Assembly: GCA_017935245.1 (NCBI GenBank)
Contig: JAGBHZ010000003.1
Span: 6,956 to 70,955 of the forward strand
Reading direction: 5' to 3'
DNA from: Alphaproteobacteria bacterium
GTDB lineage: Bacteria > Pseudomonadota > Alphaproteobacteria > Rs-D84
Length of the DNA stretch: 64,000 nt
Shown: piece after piece, positions 44,863 through 52,980 of the stretch
Layout: the number at the start of each line of letters is the position of its first letter
Numbering within the stretch: position 1 is the first letter of the stretch
Program-made: the position numbers and the translations under genes
Notes under the pieces: model-generated
What the model saw: only the letters and a program-made list of their open reading frames with translations
What the model was told of the DNA's origin: nothing
Database searches by the model: none

Positions 44863-46422
44863 ATGGGTATGTTTAAAAAACTGGCTATTATTTTCACAGC
44901 AGTGTTTTGTGTTCTGTTGGCGGTGCCAACAATGTCGCCGAATTTGGCACCGTATTTCCCGTCTTGGATTGGGCCGGTTCCGTTGGGGCTGGATTTAAAG
45001 GGTGGGGCGCAATTGTTGCTAGAGGTGGATACAGACACCATGTTCCAAGAAAAGGCAGAACAATTGTACGAAGAAACGCGAAGTGCATTGATTAATCGCG
45101 ACAAGGGGGTTATTCGTTTTTCAAATCTGCGTAATCATGATGGTGTGGTGTCATTGGTTGTGCGTGATGAAGACCAGGTTGCCGATGCCAAGGGGCGCTT
45201 GAAAAGTACATTTGGAAATACGGTTGATATCACGTCCAGTGGAAAAACAATTACACTGGCGTATAGCGATGTGCAAAAGGCAGAAATGACCAAAGATGCA
45301 CTGGCGCGCAGTATTGAAATTGTTCGTCGTCGTATTGACGCGCTGGGGACCAAGGAACCATCTATTCAAAGTCAGGGTGGTAAATATATTATGGTGCAAT
45401 TGCCCGGGGTTGATAATCCAGAACATATTAAAAATCTGATTGGACAGACAGCAAAAATGACGTTCCATTTGGTAAATGAAAATGTGTCGCCGGATCAGAT
45501 TGCGTCGGGACGTGCACCAAATGGTACAGAATTTTTGCCATATATGGATATGCCAGGCCAGGTTGTCCCGGTATATTCCAGGGTAGAAGTGTCGGGTGAA
45601 TCACTGAAAGATTCCCAGGCAGATTATGACCAAAATAATATGCCGGTTGTAACAACCGTGTTTGATGCAACGGGTGCACGTAAATTTGCACGTCTGACAA
45701 CCGAACATGTTAACGAACGATTTGCAATTGTATTGGATGGACGTGTATTATCGGCGCCAACGATTCGTGAACCAATTCCGGGTGGACGTGGCCAGATTTC
45801 TGGTGGCTTTTCATTACAGGGCGCAAAAGATTTGGCCGTACTGTTGCGTTCGGGTGCTTTGCCGGCGCCACTGACCGTTATCGAAGAACGTACCGTCGGT
45901 GCGGGATTGGGTGCGGACACAATCGAACGTGGTAAAATTGGTGCCGTGGCCGGTGTTATCTTTATATTTATATTCCTTATCTTTACATATCGTATGTTTG
46001 GTGTATTGGCCAGTGCAACATTGCTGGTGAACCTGGGGATGATTGTGGGGATAACGGCGCTGTTTGGGGCGACGCTGACGTTGCCGGGTATTGCGGGTAT
46101 CGTGTTAACCTTGGGTATGGCGGTGGACGCAAACATCTTGCCGTTTGAACGAATCAGGGACGAGGTTAAAGCCGGTGTTCCAACACTGCGTGCGGTAAAT
46201 ATGGGATTTGATCGCTCGTTAAAGACGGTTTTGGACGGAAACCTGACCACGCTTATCTGTGGGTTGGTGTTGTTCCAGTTTGGTGCCGGTCCAATCCGTG
46301 GATTTGCGGTTACATTGTCGATTGGTATTTTGACAACATTGTTCACATGCGTATGGTTTGCCAAGGTGCTGATTGACTGGTACATGAACGGCAAAAATAA
46401 AAAGATTGGTTTTGTTAAATAA
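44863..46422 (+). CDS. secD: Protein translocase subunit SecD
   Basis: LGLDLKGGAQLLLEVD, large periplasmic domain, C-terminal 5-TM block with GIAGIVLTLGMAVDANIL. Confidence 0.92.
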   Translation: MGMFKKLAIIFTAVFCVLLAVPTMSPNLAPYFPSWIGPVPLGLDLKGGAQLLLEVDTDTMFQEKAEQLYEETRSALINRDKGVIRFSNLRNHDGVVSLVVRDEDQVADAKGRLKSTFGNTVDITSSGKTITLAYSDVQKAEMTKDALARSIEIVRRRIDALGTKEPSIQSQGGKYIMVQLPGVDNPEHIKNLIGQTAKMTFHLVNENVSPDQIASGRAPNGTEFLPYMDMPGQVVPVYSRVEVSGESLKDSQADYDQNNMPVVTTVFDATGARKFARLTTEHVNERFAIVLDGRVLSAPTIREPIPGGRGQISGGFSLQGAKDLAVLLRSGALPAPLTVIEERTVGAGLGADTIERGKIGAVAGVIFIFIFLIFTYRMFGVLASATLLVNLGMIVGITALFGATLTLPGIAGIVLTLGMAVDANILPFERIRDEVKAGVPTLRAVNMGFDRSLKTVLDGNLTTLICGLVLFQFGAGPIRGFAVTLSIGILTTLFTCVWFAKVLIDWYMNGKNKKIGFVK

Positions 46423-46425
46423 TAA

Positions 46426-47307
46426 ATGCAAAGGGGAAATGTTATGAAACTGCATTTTATGAAATATCGAAAATTATCGTATATTATTTCAGGGGCGCTG
46501 TTGCTGATATCGGTGCTGTCGATTCTGATACGTGGGTTCAATTATGGTATTGACTTTTCGGGTGGTATATCGATGGAGGTTACACCCGTTGCCGAAACAA
46601 TGACCATTGACAAGATGCGTTCGGAATTGTCTGAATTTAATCCAGAATTGCAACAGATTGATGGCAACGCGATTCTGATTCGTGTTGGTTTGCCCAAAGG
46701 CGTAACAGACGCCCAGCAAAATGAACGTGTCGCAGAAATTAAAAATATTTTGGGTGATAATGTTCAATATGCCCAGGTCCAAATCGTTGGACCGAAAATT
46801 GGTGGCGAACTGATTCGTGGCGGTATTTTGGCGATTCTATTTGCGTTCTTGATGATGGCGGTTTATGTTTGGGTGCGCTATCGCGGGGGGTATGCCGTTG
46901 GGGCGCTGGTGTCGTTATTCTTGGACTTTGTGTTGATGTTTGGTTTCTTTTCAATCACGGGGCTGGAATTTAATCAGACGGCGATTGCAGTTATCTTGAC
47001 GGGGATTGGGTATTCGATTAATGACAAGGTTGTGAACTATGACCGAATCGAAGAAAATGTTAAAAAATATCACAAAATGCCAATGCCAGAATTAATCGAC
47101 CTGTCTATTAACGAAATGTTCCGCCGTACAATGATGACCAGTATTTCAACGTTGTTGGCAATGGTTGGATTGTTCTTGTTCAGTGGTGAAGTTTTGCGTG
47201 AATTTGCAATCGCAATGACGTTCAGTATCATTATGGGTACGTTCACAAGTATTTATATTTCAAACGTGGTACTGTTGAACTTTGATTTGCGTGGCGAAGG
47301 TAAATAA
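46426..47307 (+). CDS. secF: Protein translocase subunit SecF
   Basis: GIDFSGGISMEV, GPKIGGEL, GYSINDKVVNYDRIEEN. The start could instead be ATG 46444. Confidence 0.92.
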   Translation: MQRGNVMKLHFMKYRKLSYIISGALLLISVLSILIRGFNYGIDFSGGISMEVTPVAETMTIDKMRSELSEFNPELQQIDGNAILIRVGLPKGVTDAQQNERVAEIKNILGDNVQYAQVQIVGPKIGGELIRGGILAILFAFLMMAVYVWVRYRGGYAVGALVSLFLDFVLMFGFFSITGLEFNQTAIAVILTGIGYSINDKVVNYDRIEENVKKYHKMPMPELIDLSINEMFRRTMMTSISTLLAMVGLFLFSGEVLREFAIAMTFSIIMGTFTSIYISNVVLLNFDLRGEGK

Positions 47308-47356
47308 TAAAAAAAACTGTGGCGTGGCGCGCCAAAATCGGCCAAGGGGGATTTTG

Positions 47357-48865
47357 ATGAGAATGCTGAAAATATTTATTGGGATGGTGATTTCAATATG
47401 CTTGGTCGGTGGCGCGCGCGCAGATGGTTTGTTTTTCGAAGACGAATCCATCCAAGATGGGATTCATGTGTTTGATGTGTCAAAAAACTTTGCGGAAATT
47501 TATCAGAAATTGGACGGTATTAATTGGGCCGGAAAAAATATTAATGTTGCAATTGAAAGCCTGGAAAAATTAAATTCACGTGCGCATATTGCGGCAACGG
47601 ATGAACGGGTGGTTTTGGTTTGGGGGGATGATATCATTGCAAATTATCCGCGGCCCGCGGCCCGCGATTGGAACGGGTTTGGTGAAATTACAACCGCACT
47701 AATTTTAAAAATGCGTGGCGTTGATGCAAATTTACGTAATTTGTCCGAAAGTGCAATTTATCAGGCCGTTGTAGGCAGCCTGATGCAGGGTATCGATGAA
47801 CAGGGACGGTATATATATTCCAGAAAAGCACAAATTAATGAAGATGGACGATTGCTGACCAGTGTTGGTATGGAAGGGGGGCGCGACGAACGCGGTAATT
47901 TCCGTGTCGCAGGAATTTTTAAAGGGGCACCCGCCGATATTGCTGGAATTAAATCAGGGGATTTGATTTCTGAGATAAATGGTGTGCCGGTTGCAAAAAT
48001 GTCTGATGGGCAATTGGGGGCGGCGTTGTCGGGATTCAATTCGGGAACCGCCAAGGTGCGTGTTATAAGCCCGGCGGGACCACGGGATGTTGTCTTGCGG
48101 CGCGCAACAATTGTGGTCGCAGATGCAGATATTATTCATCGTGCATCACCAGATTCGGGTGGATTGCTGGAAATTGTTGTGCATCGGGTGTCTGATAATG
48201 CGGTCGCAATTGTGAACGAAGCATTGGCGAAATATCCAGATGTGGATGGAATTATTTTTGACCTGCGGGCGGCAACGGGTGATGATGAACGGGCGGCGGC
48301 AAAATTGGCGGGATTATTTATCGGTGAAAAACCAGTAATGAGAATTGTTGAAACCGCAATGGACGAAGTAGAGGTTGTCCCCGGTGGCAGTGCAATAACA
48401 GATGTACCAATGGTTGTTTTGATGTCTAATATGACGCGTGGCACATCCGAAGCATTGGTCAGCGCAATCTATGAAAATGGTCGTGGGGTTTTGGTTGGAA
48501 CACCAACGGCCGGTGATGCACGTATTGCAACACAGATACCATTAAGTAATGGGGGGGCGTTGGAATTATTAAATAAATCAATAAAAACAGGAAGTGGACA
48601 TGTGTTAGACGGGCGGGGTGTTTTCCCAATTGTGTGTTTATCAAATATTCGTTCATCACAACAACAAAATGCATTTTTCTTGAACGTGTTAAACAATGAT
48701 TTTCGTGCCCAGGATTTTAATAAAGATACGTCAATTGACCCAGATGTTATTCGCCGTGGATGTCCAGTTATCATAAATGGCGCGGATGAAGATGCGTTGT
48801 CGGCGGCGGTTGCATCAAAAATTTTAACAGATAAAAAAGTTTATAATCGATTAATTGCAGAATAG
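47357..48865 (+). CDS. S41 (C-terminal processing peptidase)-like protein with PDZ domain
   Basis: Signal peptide. PDZ GIFKGAPADIAGIKSGDLISEINGVPV. S41 core IIFDLRAATGDD and VVLMSNMTRGTSEALVSA. The expected TFGKG Lys box reads TAGDA. Confidence 0.6.
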   Translation: MRMLKIFIGMVISICLVGGARADGLFFEDESIQDGIHVFDVSKNFAEIYQKLDGINWAGKNINVAIESLEKLNSRAHIAATDERVVLVWGDDIIANYPRPAARDWNGFGEITTALILKMRGVDANLRNLSESAIYQAVVGSLMQGIDEQGRYIYSRKAQINEDGRLLTSVGMEGGRDERGNFRVAGIFKGAPADIAGIKSGDLISEINGVPVAKMSDGQLGAALSGFNSGTAKVRVISPAGPRDVVLRRATIVVADADIIHRASPDSGGLLEIVVHRVSDNAVAIVNEALAKYPDVDGIIFDLRAATGDDERAAAKLAGLFIGEKPVMRIVETAMDEVEVVPGGSAITDVPMVVLMSNMTRGTSEALVSAIYENGRGVLVGTPTAGDARIATQIPLSNGGALELLNKSIKTGSGHVLDGRGVFPIVCLSNIRSSQQQNAFFLNVLNNDFRAQDFNKDTSIDPDVIRRGCPVIINGADEDALSAAVASKILTDKKVYNRLIAE

Positions 48866-48885
48866 GGAATATTTAGGGGTGTAAT

Positions 48886-49563
48886 ATGTTTTTAACCGCA
48901 GATAATGAAATAAAATGGAAACGTATGGCGTGGGGTGCGCTGGGGACGGGTTTGTTTGTAATGTTGGGTATGATATTTATTGATGTACCAATGTATATTG
49001 CGACCCGTGGAATTAGTGATTGGGCAATTTGGTCGATTCTAGGACGCGTTTTTGATGCCAAGGTTTGGATTGTTGTATCGGCAATTGTCTTTGCGGTTTA
49101 TGGTATAAAAATATTTATAAAAACAATTCAATCAATTCAAAACCGAGAACTGAGATTTCATATCATAGATATTTTAAAAGAAACGTGGAACAAAACCCGG
49201 ACCAGTAATGCGTTCTTGATTTTATCAAGTGTTTTTTGTGCCAGTATTACGGTGTGGATGTTAAAAGTTTTGATTGCACGTCTGCGGCCGGTGTTCGTAA
49301 TGTCGGGAATTATTCCAGATTTTGACAGATTTACATGGGCGTGGCATTCAATGCCGTCGGGGCATACAACGGTTACGTTTGCAGGATTGGTTATGATTGG
49401 TATGCTGGCGCCAAAATATAAACCGTTGACATGGACATTGGCGGTTATTGTTGGTGCATCGCGTGTTTTTGTTGGTGCGCATTGGTTCAGTGATGTTGTG
49501 CTGGGGGCGTTTATTGGTATGGTTGTTGCCGATATCGTAAAATGGAGATTGATGAAGAAATAA
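48886..49563 (+). CDS. PAP2-family membrane phosphatase
   Basis: KVLIARLRP, PSGH, SRVFVGAHWFSDV (three PAP2 motifs); multiple TMs. Confidence 0.75.
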   Translation: MFLTADNEIKWKRMAWGALGTGLFVMLGMIFIDVPMYIATRGISDWAIWSILGRVFDAKVWIVVSAIVFAVYGIKIFIKTIQSIQNRELRFHIIDILKETWNKTRTSNAFLILSSVFCASITVWMLKVLIARLRPVFVMSGIIPDFDRFTWAWHSMPSGHTTVTFAGLVMIGMLAPKYKPLTWTLAVIVGASRVFVGAHWFSDVVLGAFIGMVVADIVKWRLMKK

Positions 49564-49593
49564 AAAATTCCGCCAGAATTGGCGGGATTTTTT
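49562..49593 (+). terminator. Intrinsic terminator
   Basis: AAAAAATTCCGCCAGAATTGGCGGGATTTTTT. Confidence 0.7.
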
Positions 49594-49672
49594 ATTAGTG
49601 GCTAGTGTAAGTGATTAGTGGTAATTGGCGATACACACAAATACCACGATAAATAAATGTTAATATAAGTAT

Positions 49673-49701
49673 TTGCGTAAATAGAAACATTTGGTTATAA
49701 T
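49673..49701 (+). promoter_or_regulatory. Sigma70-like promoter
   Basis: TTGCGT (49673-78), 17 nt spacer, TATAAT (49696-701). Confidence 0.55.
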
Positions 49702-49707
49702 TTTATT

Positions 49708-49906
49708 GTTATGGTGGTTTTGCCATAATGGGGTGTCATAGCCCGTGATTTCGGCGCCATGTATTAATTATGTGGTGATAAATATTCGTTCTCCAATCGT
49801 TTGGTTGGAGGGTTGTGAATAATACGTGTTTATCACGTAAAATAAGCACACTATACCGAATTATAGCTATGAACCTCCAACCGCTTGAATTTCTAAGCGG
49901 TTTTTT
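49708..49906 (+). promoter_or_regulatory. Structured 5' leader / attenuator RNA (copy 2 of the conserved leader)
   Basis: P1 TTATGG-8nt-CCATAA (49709-28), GGGGTGT..CCCG, CGCCATGT. CTCCAA (49791-96) / TTGGAGGGTT (49805-14) / AACCTCCAA (49872-80). Terminator AACCGCTT-GAATTTCT-AAGCGGTT plus T6 (49879-906). Confidence 0.55.
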
Positions 49907-49935
49907 CATTCGTGAAAATCAAAGGAGGTCAAAGA

Positions 49936-50547
49936 ATGAATAAATTTAAAATCTTTATAATTTCTGGAATACTGTATGGGGCTGCTTTTGGCGATTCTTG
50001 GGCAGAAGTGCGACCAATAAATTTGACTATAGAGGGCAGTGCTTATAGATGTTACGTAAATAGTGATGGGGACATTTTTTGTAATCAAAATGAAGATAGT
50101 CCGGCAATGATGGGAACACAGGTTTGCAGTAAGTATATAGAATATGAATATGTTGACTGTGACCCAACTGTTGAAAATTGTAAAATAATTTCTTTAGAAG
50201 GACGTACATACTGTATTGGAATAGGGGATTGTACCCCTGGGAATAGCACGTGTTACAATGGAACGCGTCCATTTAAGCTATGCAGTGAATGGTCTTTTAC
50301 CTGTGAAGAGATAGTAGATGGCCCAATGGAAAATATAGATTATGTAAATGACACTTTTACCTGTATTCAGGGGTATTATAGGGATAAGATGGAATGTAAG
50401 CTTTGTCCGTCGTCGGGTGAGGTGTATGGAACGACAAAATCCAGTGGCGCAACCAGTATTACAGAATGCTATATCCCATCTGGTACAGAATTTTCAGATT
50501 CTTCTGGAACGTGGGAATATGGCCAGAACTGTTATTACAGTGAATAA
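49936..50547 (+). CDS. Secreted Cys-rich protein with ephrin-receptor/TNFR-like (GCC2/GCC3-type) Cys spacing
   Basis: AGGAGG SD. Signal peptide MNKFKIFIISGILYGAAFG. C-terminal CIQGYYRDKMECKLCPSSGEVYGTTKSSGATSITECYIPSG. Confidence 0.55.
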   Translation: MNKFKIFIISGILYGAAFGDSWAEVRPINLTIEGSAYRCYVNSDGDIFCNQNEDSPAMMGTQVCSKYIEYEYVDCDPTVENCKIISLEGRTYCIGIGDCTPGNSTCYNGTRPFKLCSEWSFTCEEIVDGPMENIDYVNDTFTCIQGYYRDKMECKLCPSSGEVYGTTKSSGATSITECYIPSGTEFSDSSGTWEYGQNCYYSE

Positions 50548-50756
50548 AACAGGGCGATAAATTTATCGCCCTGTTTTTTACAAATTTTGTGATAATATGC
50601 GCATTATGAAAAAGTAATCAAAGATTTTGTCCGACTGTATGTCGGGGGCGTTAATATGCTTGGCTGACAGGTGTTTTTATGAAAATATCCATAAATACAT
50701 TTATCTTTGTTTTTTGGGGATGTTTATGCTATACTTTTTTCAAAAGGAGTATATTT

Positions 50757-52001
50757 ATGACAAAGAAATTATCTTGTTTTGCGTTGCTGGGCGCGATGTT
50801 GGCTGTAAATCCGGCCGTGGCGGCAACAAACTGGGGCGTGCGTGCGGGATCCAGTGCCGATTTAACCGGGGCGCCCGCCACACGTACACGTGAAAATGTG
50901 AACTATCAAAAGTATCAGACGCGTACCACAACGCGTACGTACAAGGCATCAGATGGTGGGGATTTATACTATGCCACACCGACCAAGCGCAGCGATTTGT
51001 ACAAGCAATATGATGCTGCGACATCATCTTCTGCACGTGCAACAAAGAACACAGTTCGTACCAGTCGCGCTGAAAAAATTATTACAAAGTTGAACCGTAA
51101 ATATTATCTGGCGCATCCGTTCTTTCAACCATTGGCGGGTAATTTTGGTTCAATAACGGATTTTTCGTATAACCAGAATTCTTTTGATTTTGATATGCCA
51201 TTGACGTTGGTAAGTACGTTGGATCCGGCAATTCAGATGTCGTTTGCAGGTGGAAAATGGGAATCTGAAACATTTTCAATCAAAGAAGATTTTAGTTATG
51301 GTATTACCGATCGTGTCGCATTGGTTGCAATGGCCAAGTATGACATGGCAGACTATAAATTCAAATATGATTTTAGTAATGGGGATGCCGCAGAATCAAA
51401 AATGGATGACAGCAGTGTAAATGTTTTTGGTATTGGTGCACAGTGGCGCATGGTTGATAATGAAAAATGGATTGCAACCGCGTCGGCGTATTATCAGCAT
51501 CAAAAGGATTTTTCAAATAATCTGGTTCTGGATTTAAAGGCCGGGTACAAGGTTGCACGTTCAACAATCTATGGTTTGGCGCGCGGATGGTACTTGGATT
51601 TTGATGAAAATTCATATGGTGCGGTTGTCGATAATTCCGAAGAAGTGTTCTATGTTGCATATGATTCAGATGTTGACAGTGCGTTCTATTTCGAAGGCGG
51701 AGTTGGTGTGTTCAGTGTGCTAAGCGAAGACTGGACATTAAATGTCGAAGGTATCTTTGGCGCATATGATTGGCATAACCAGGCATCGGTAAAAGCGGCC
51801 CTGGGGTGGCAGCCAAATGATTGGTTTGCATTGAATTTGTATGCAAAATCATCAATCTATGACAGTGCCGATAACAAAGATTTAAATGTATATTTGCAAC
51901 AGGCAAATATGGGATTGGATTCTTTGACCCAGATTGGTACAGCAAAGGTTGATAATGCAAATGAAATGTCCCTGGGGGTTCAGGCGATATTCCATTTCTA
52001 A
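50757..52001 (+). CDS. Outer-membrane beta-barrel protein with Arg/Thr-rich N-terminal extension
   Basis: Signal peptide ...NPAVA|AT. TRTRENVNYQKYQTRTTTRTYK region, alternating barrel strands, C-terminal LGVQAIFHF. The barrel is paralogous to the next gene (FSYGITDRVAL versus LSYGLNDRLTV). Confidence 0.6.
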   Translation: MTKKLSCFALLGAMLAVNPAVAATNWGVRAGSSADLTGAPATRTRENVNYQKYQTRTTTRTYKASDGGDLYYATPTKRSDLYKQYDAATSSSARATKNTVRTSRAEKIITKLNRKYYLAHPFFQPLAGNFGSITDFSYNQNSFDFDMPLTLVSTLDPAIQMSFAGGKWESETFSIKEDFSYGITDRVALVAMAKYDMADYKFKYDFSNGDAAESKMDDSSVNVFGIGAQWRMVDNEKWIATASAYYQHQKDFSNNLVLDLKAGYKVARSTIYGLARGWYLDFDENSYGAVVDNSEEVFYVAYDSDVDSAFYFEGGVGVFSVLSEDWTLNVEGIFGAYDWHNQASVKAALGWQPNDWFALNLYAKSSIYDSADNKDLNVYLQQANMGLDSLTQIGTAKVDNANEMSLGVQAIFHF

Positions 52002-52072
52002 GAATATAATATGTAACCGTCCCCGTTAATGGGGGCGGTGTTTCTTGTTAGACCGGAGAGAGGATTTTAATC

Positions 52073-52774
52073 ATGTGGAAATTTTTATCAGTCGTTTTAT
52101 TTGGGGCAACATTGGCGTGTTCGGCAAATGCAAATGTGGTGGAATTCGATACGTCGGATCCATTATATATGCTGAAAACAGAAGATATTTTGTCAGAATC
52201 AACCGTTTCATATGGGCGTGATGTTCTGCGTTTTGGTGAAACGTTGTCATATGGTTTGAACGACAGGTTGACAGTGTCGGCAAATGTTAATTATCAAATA
52301 GATTTTGTTGATACAAACGATGGTTTTACCAGTACGGATTTAGGCTTTGTATATCGTGCGGGGGCATCGGATACATTTATATCAGACGTCTTGGCGGGAT
52401 TTAAATTTGGGGGCAGTCGCCAGGTTCGTACCCCATGGTATGCCGATTCAACATATTATGTTGGGTGGCGTTTCGGTCGTCAATGGGCCGGGGTAACATT
52501 GGCCGGAACAATTCAGTCAAACTGGATTTTTGATGATGCACGCGGTATGGCGTATATCGACTTTGTGCCCGAGGCTTATTTTAGATTTGACCCAGAGTGG
52601 CGTTTGGGACTAAACGCAACCCTGCGCAAGGCAACAACACCATCGTTTAACGAAGAGTGGATTGGGGCAAAACTGGTGCGTCAATTTGGTCGTACGCAAT
52701 ATATTGGGCATATTGACTATGAATTTGAACATGATGATGTGCATATTGGTGCGCGTGTAAATGTCTTGTTTTAA
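52073..52774 (+). CDS. Small outer-membrane beta-barrel protein
   Basis: Signal peptide ...CSANA|NV. 233 aa with alternating amphipathic strands. C-terminal IGARVNVLF. Confidence 0.6.
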   Translation: MWKFLSVVLFGATLACSANANVVEFDTSDPLYMLKTEDILSESTVSYGRDVLRFGETLSYGLNDRLTVSANVNYQIDFVDTNDGFTSTDLGFVYRAGASDTFISDVLAGFKFGGSRQVRTPWYADSTYYVGWRFGRQWAGVTLAGTIQSNWIFDDARGMAYIDFVPEAYFRFDPEWRLGLNATLRKATTPSFNEEWIGAKLVRQFGRTQYIGHIDYEFEHDDVHIGARVNVLF

Positions 52775-52980
52775 ATAATGTTGTATGTGTATTAATGTGG
52801 TTTAGTGGTGAATTATATACATTGTACATGATGTAGTTTGTGCATAAATGTGGTTGTATTGTGTGTGTTATTTGTGCTTTACAACACTGCATTAAAAATA
52901 CTATAATTTATAACAAAGGAAGTACTTTATACACGCATATGCGTAGAAATCTGGACTGTTTTAGTCGCGGGGGGATACAT

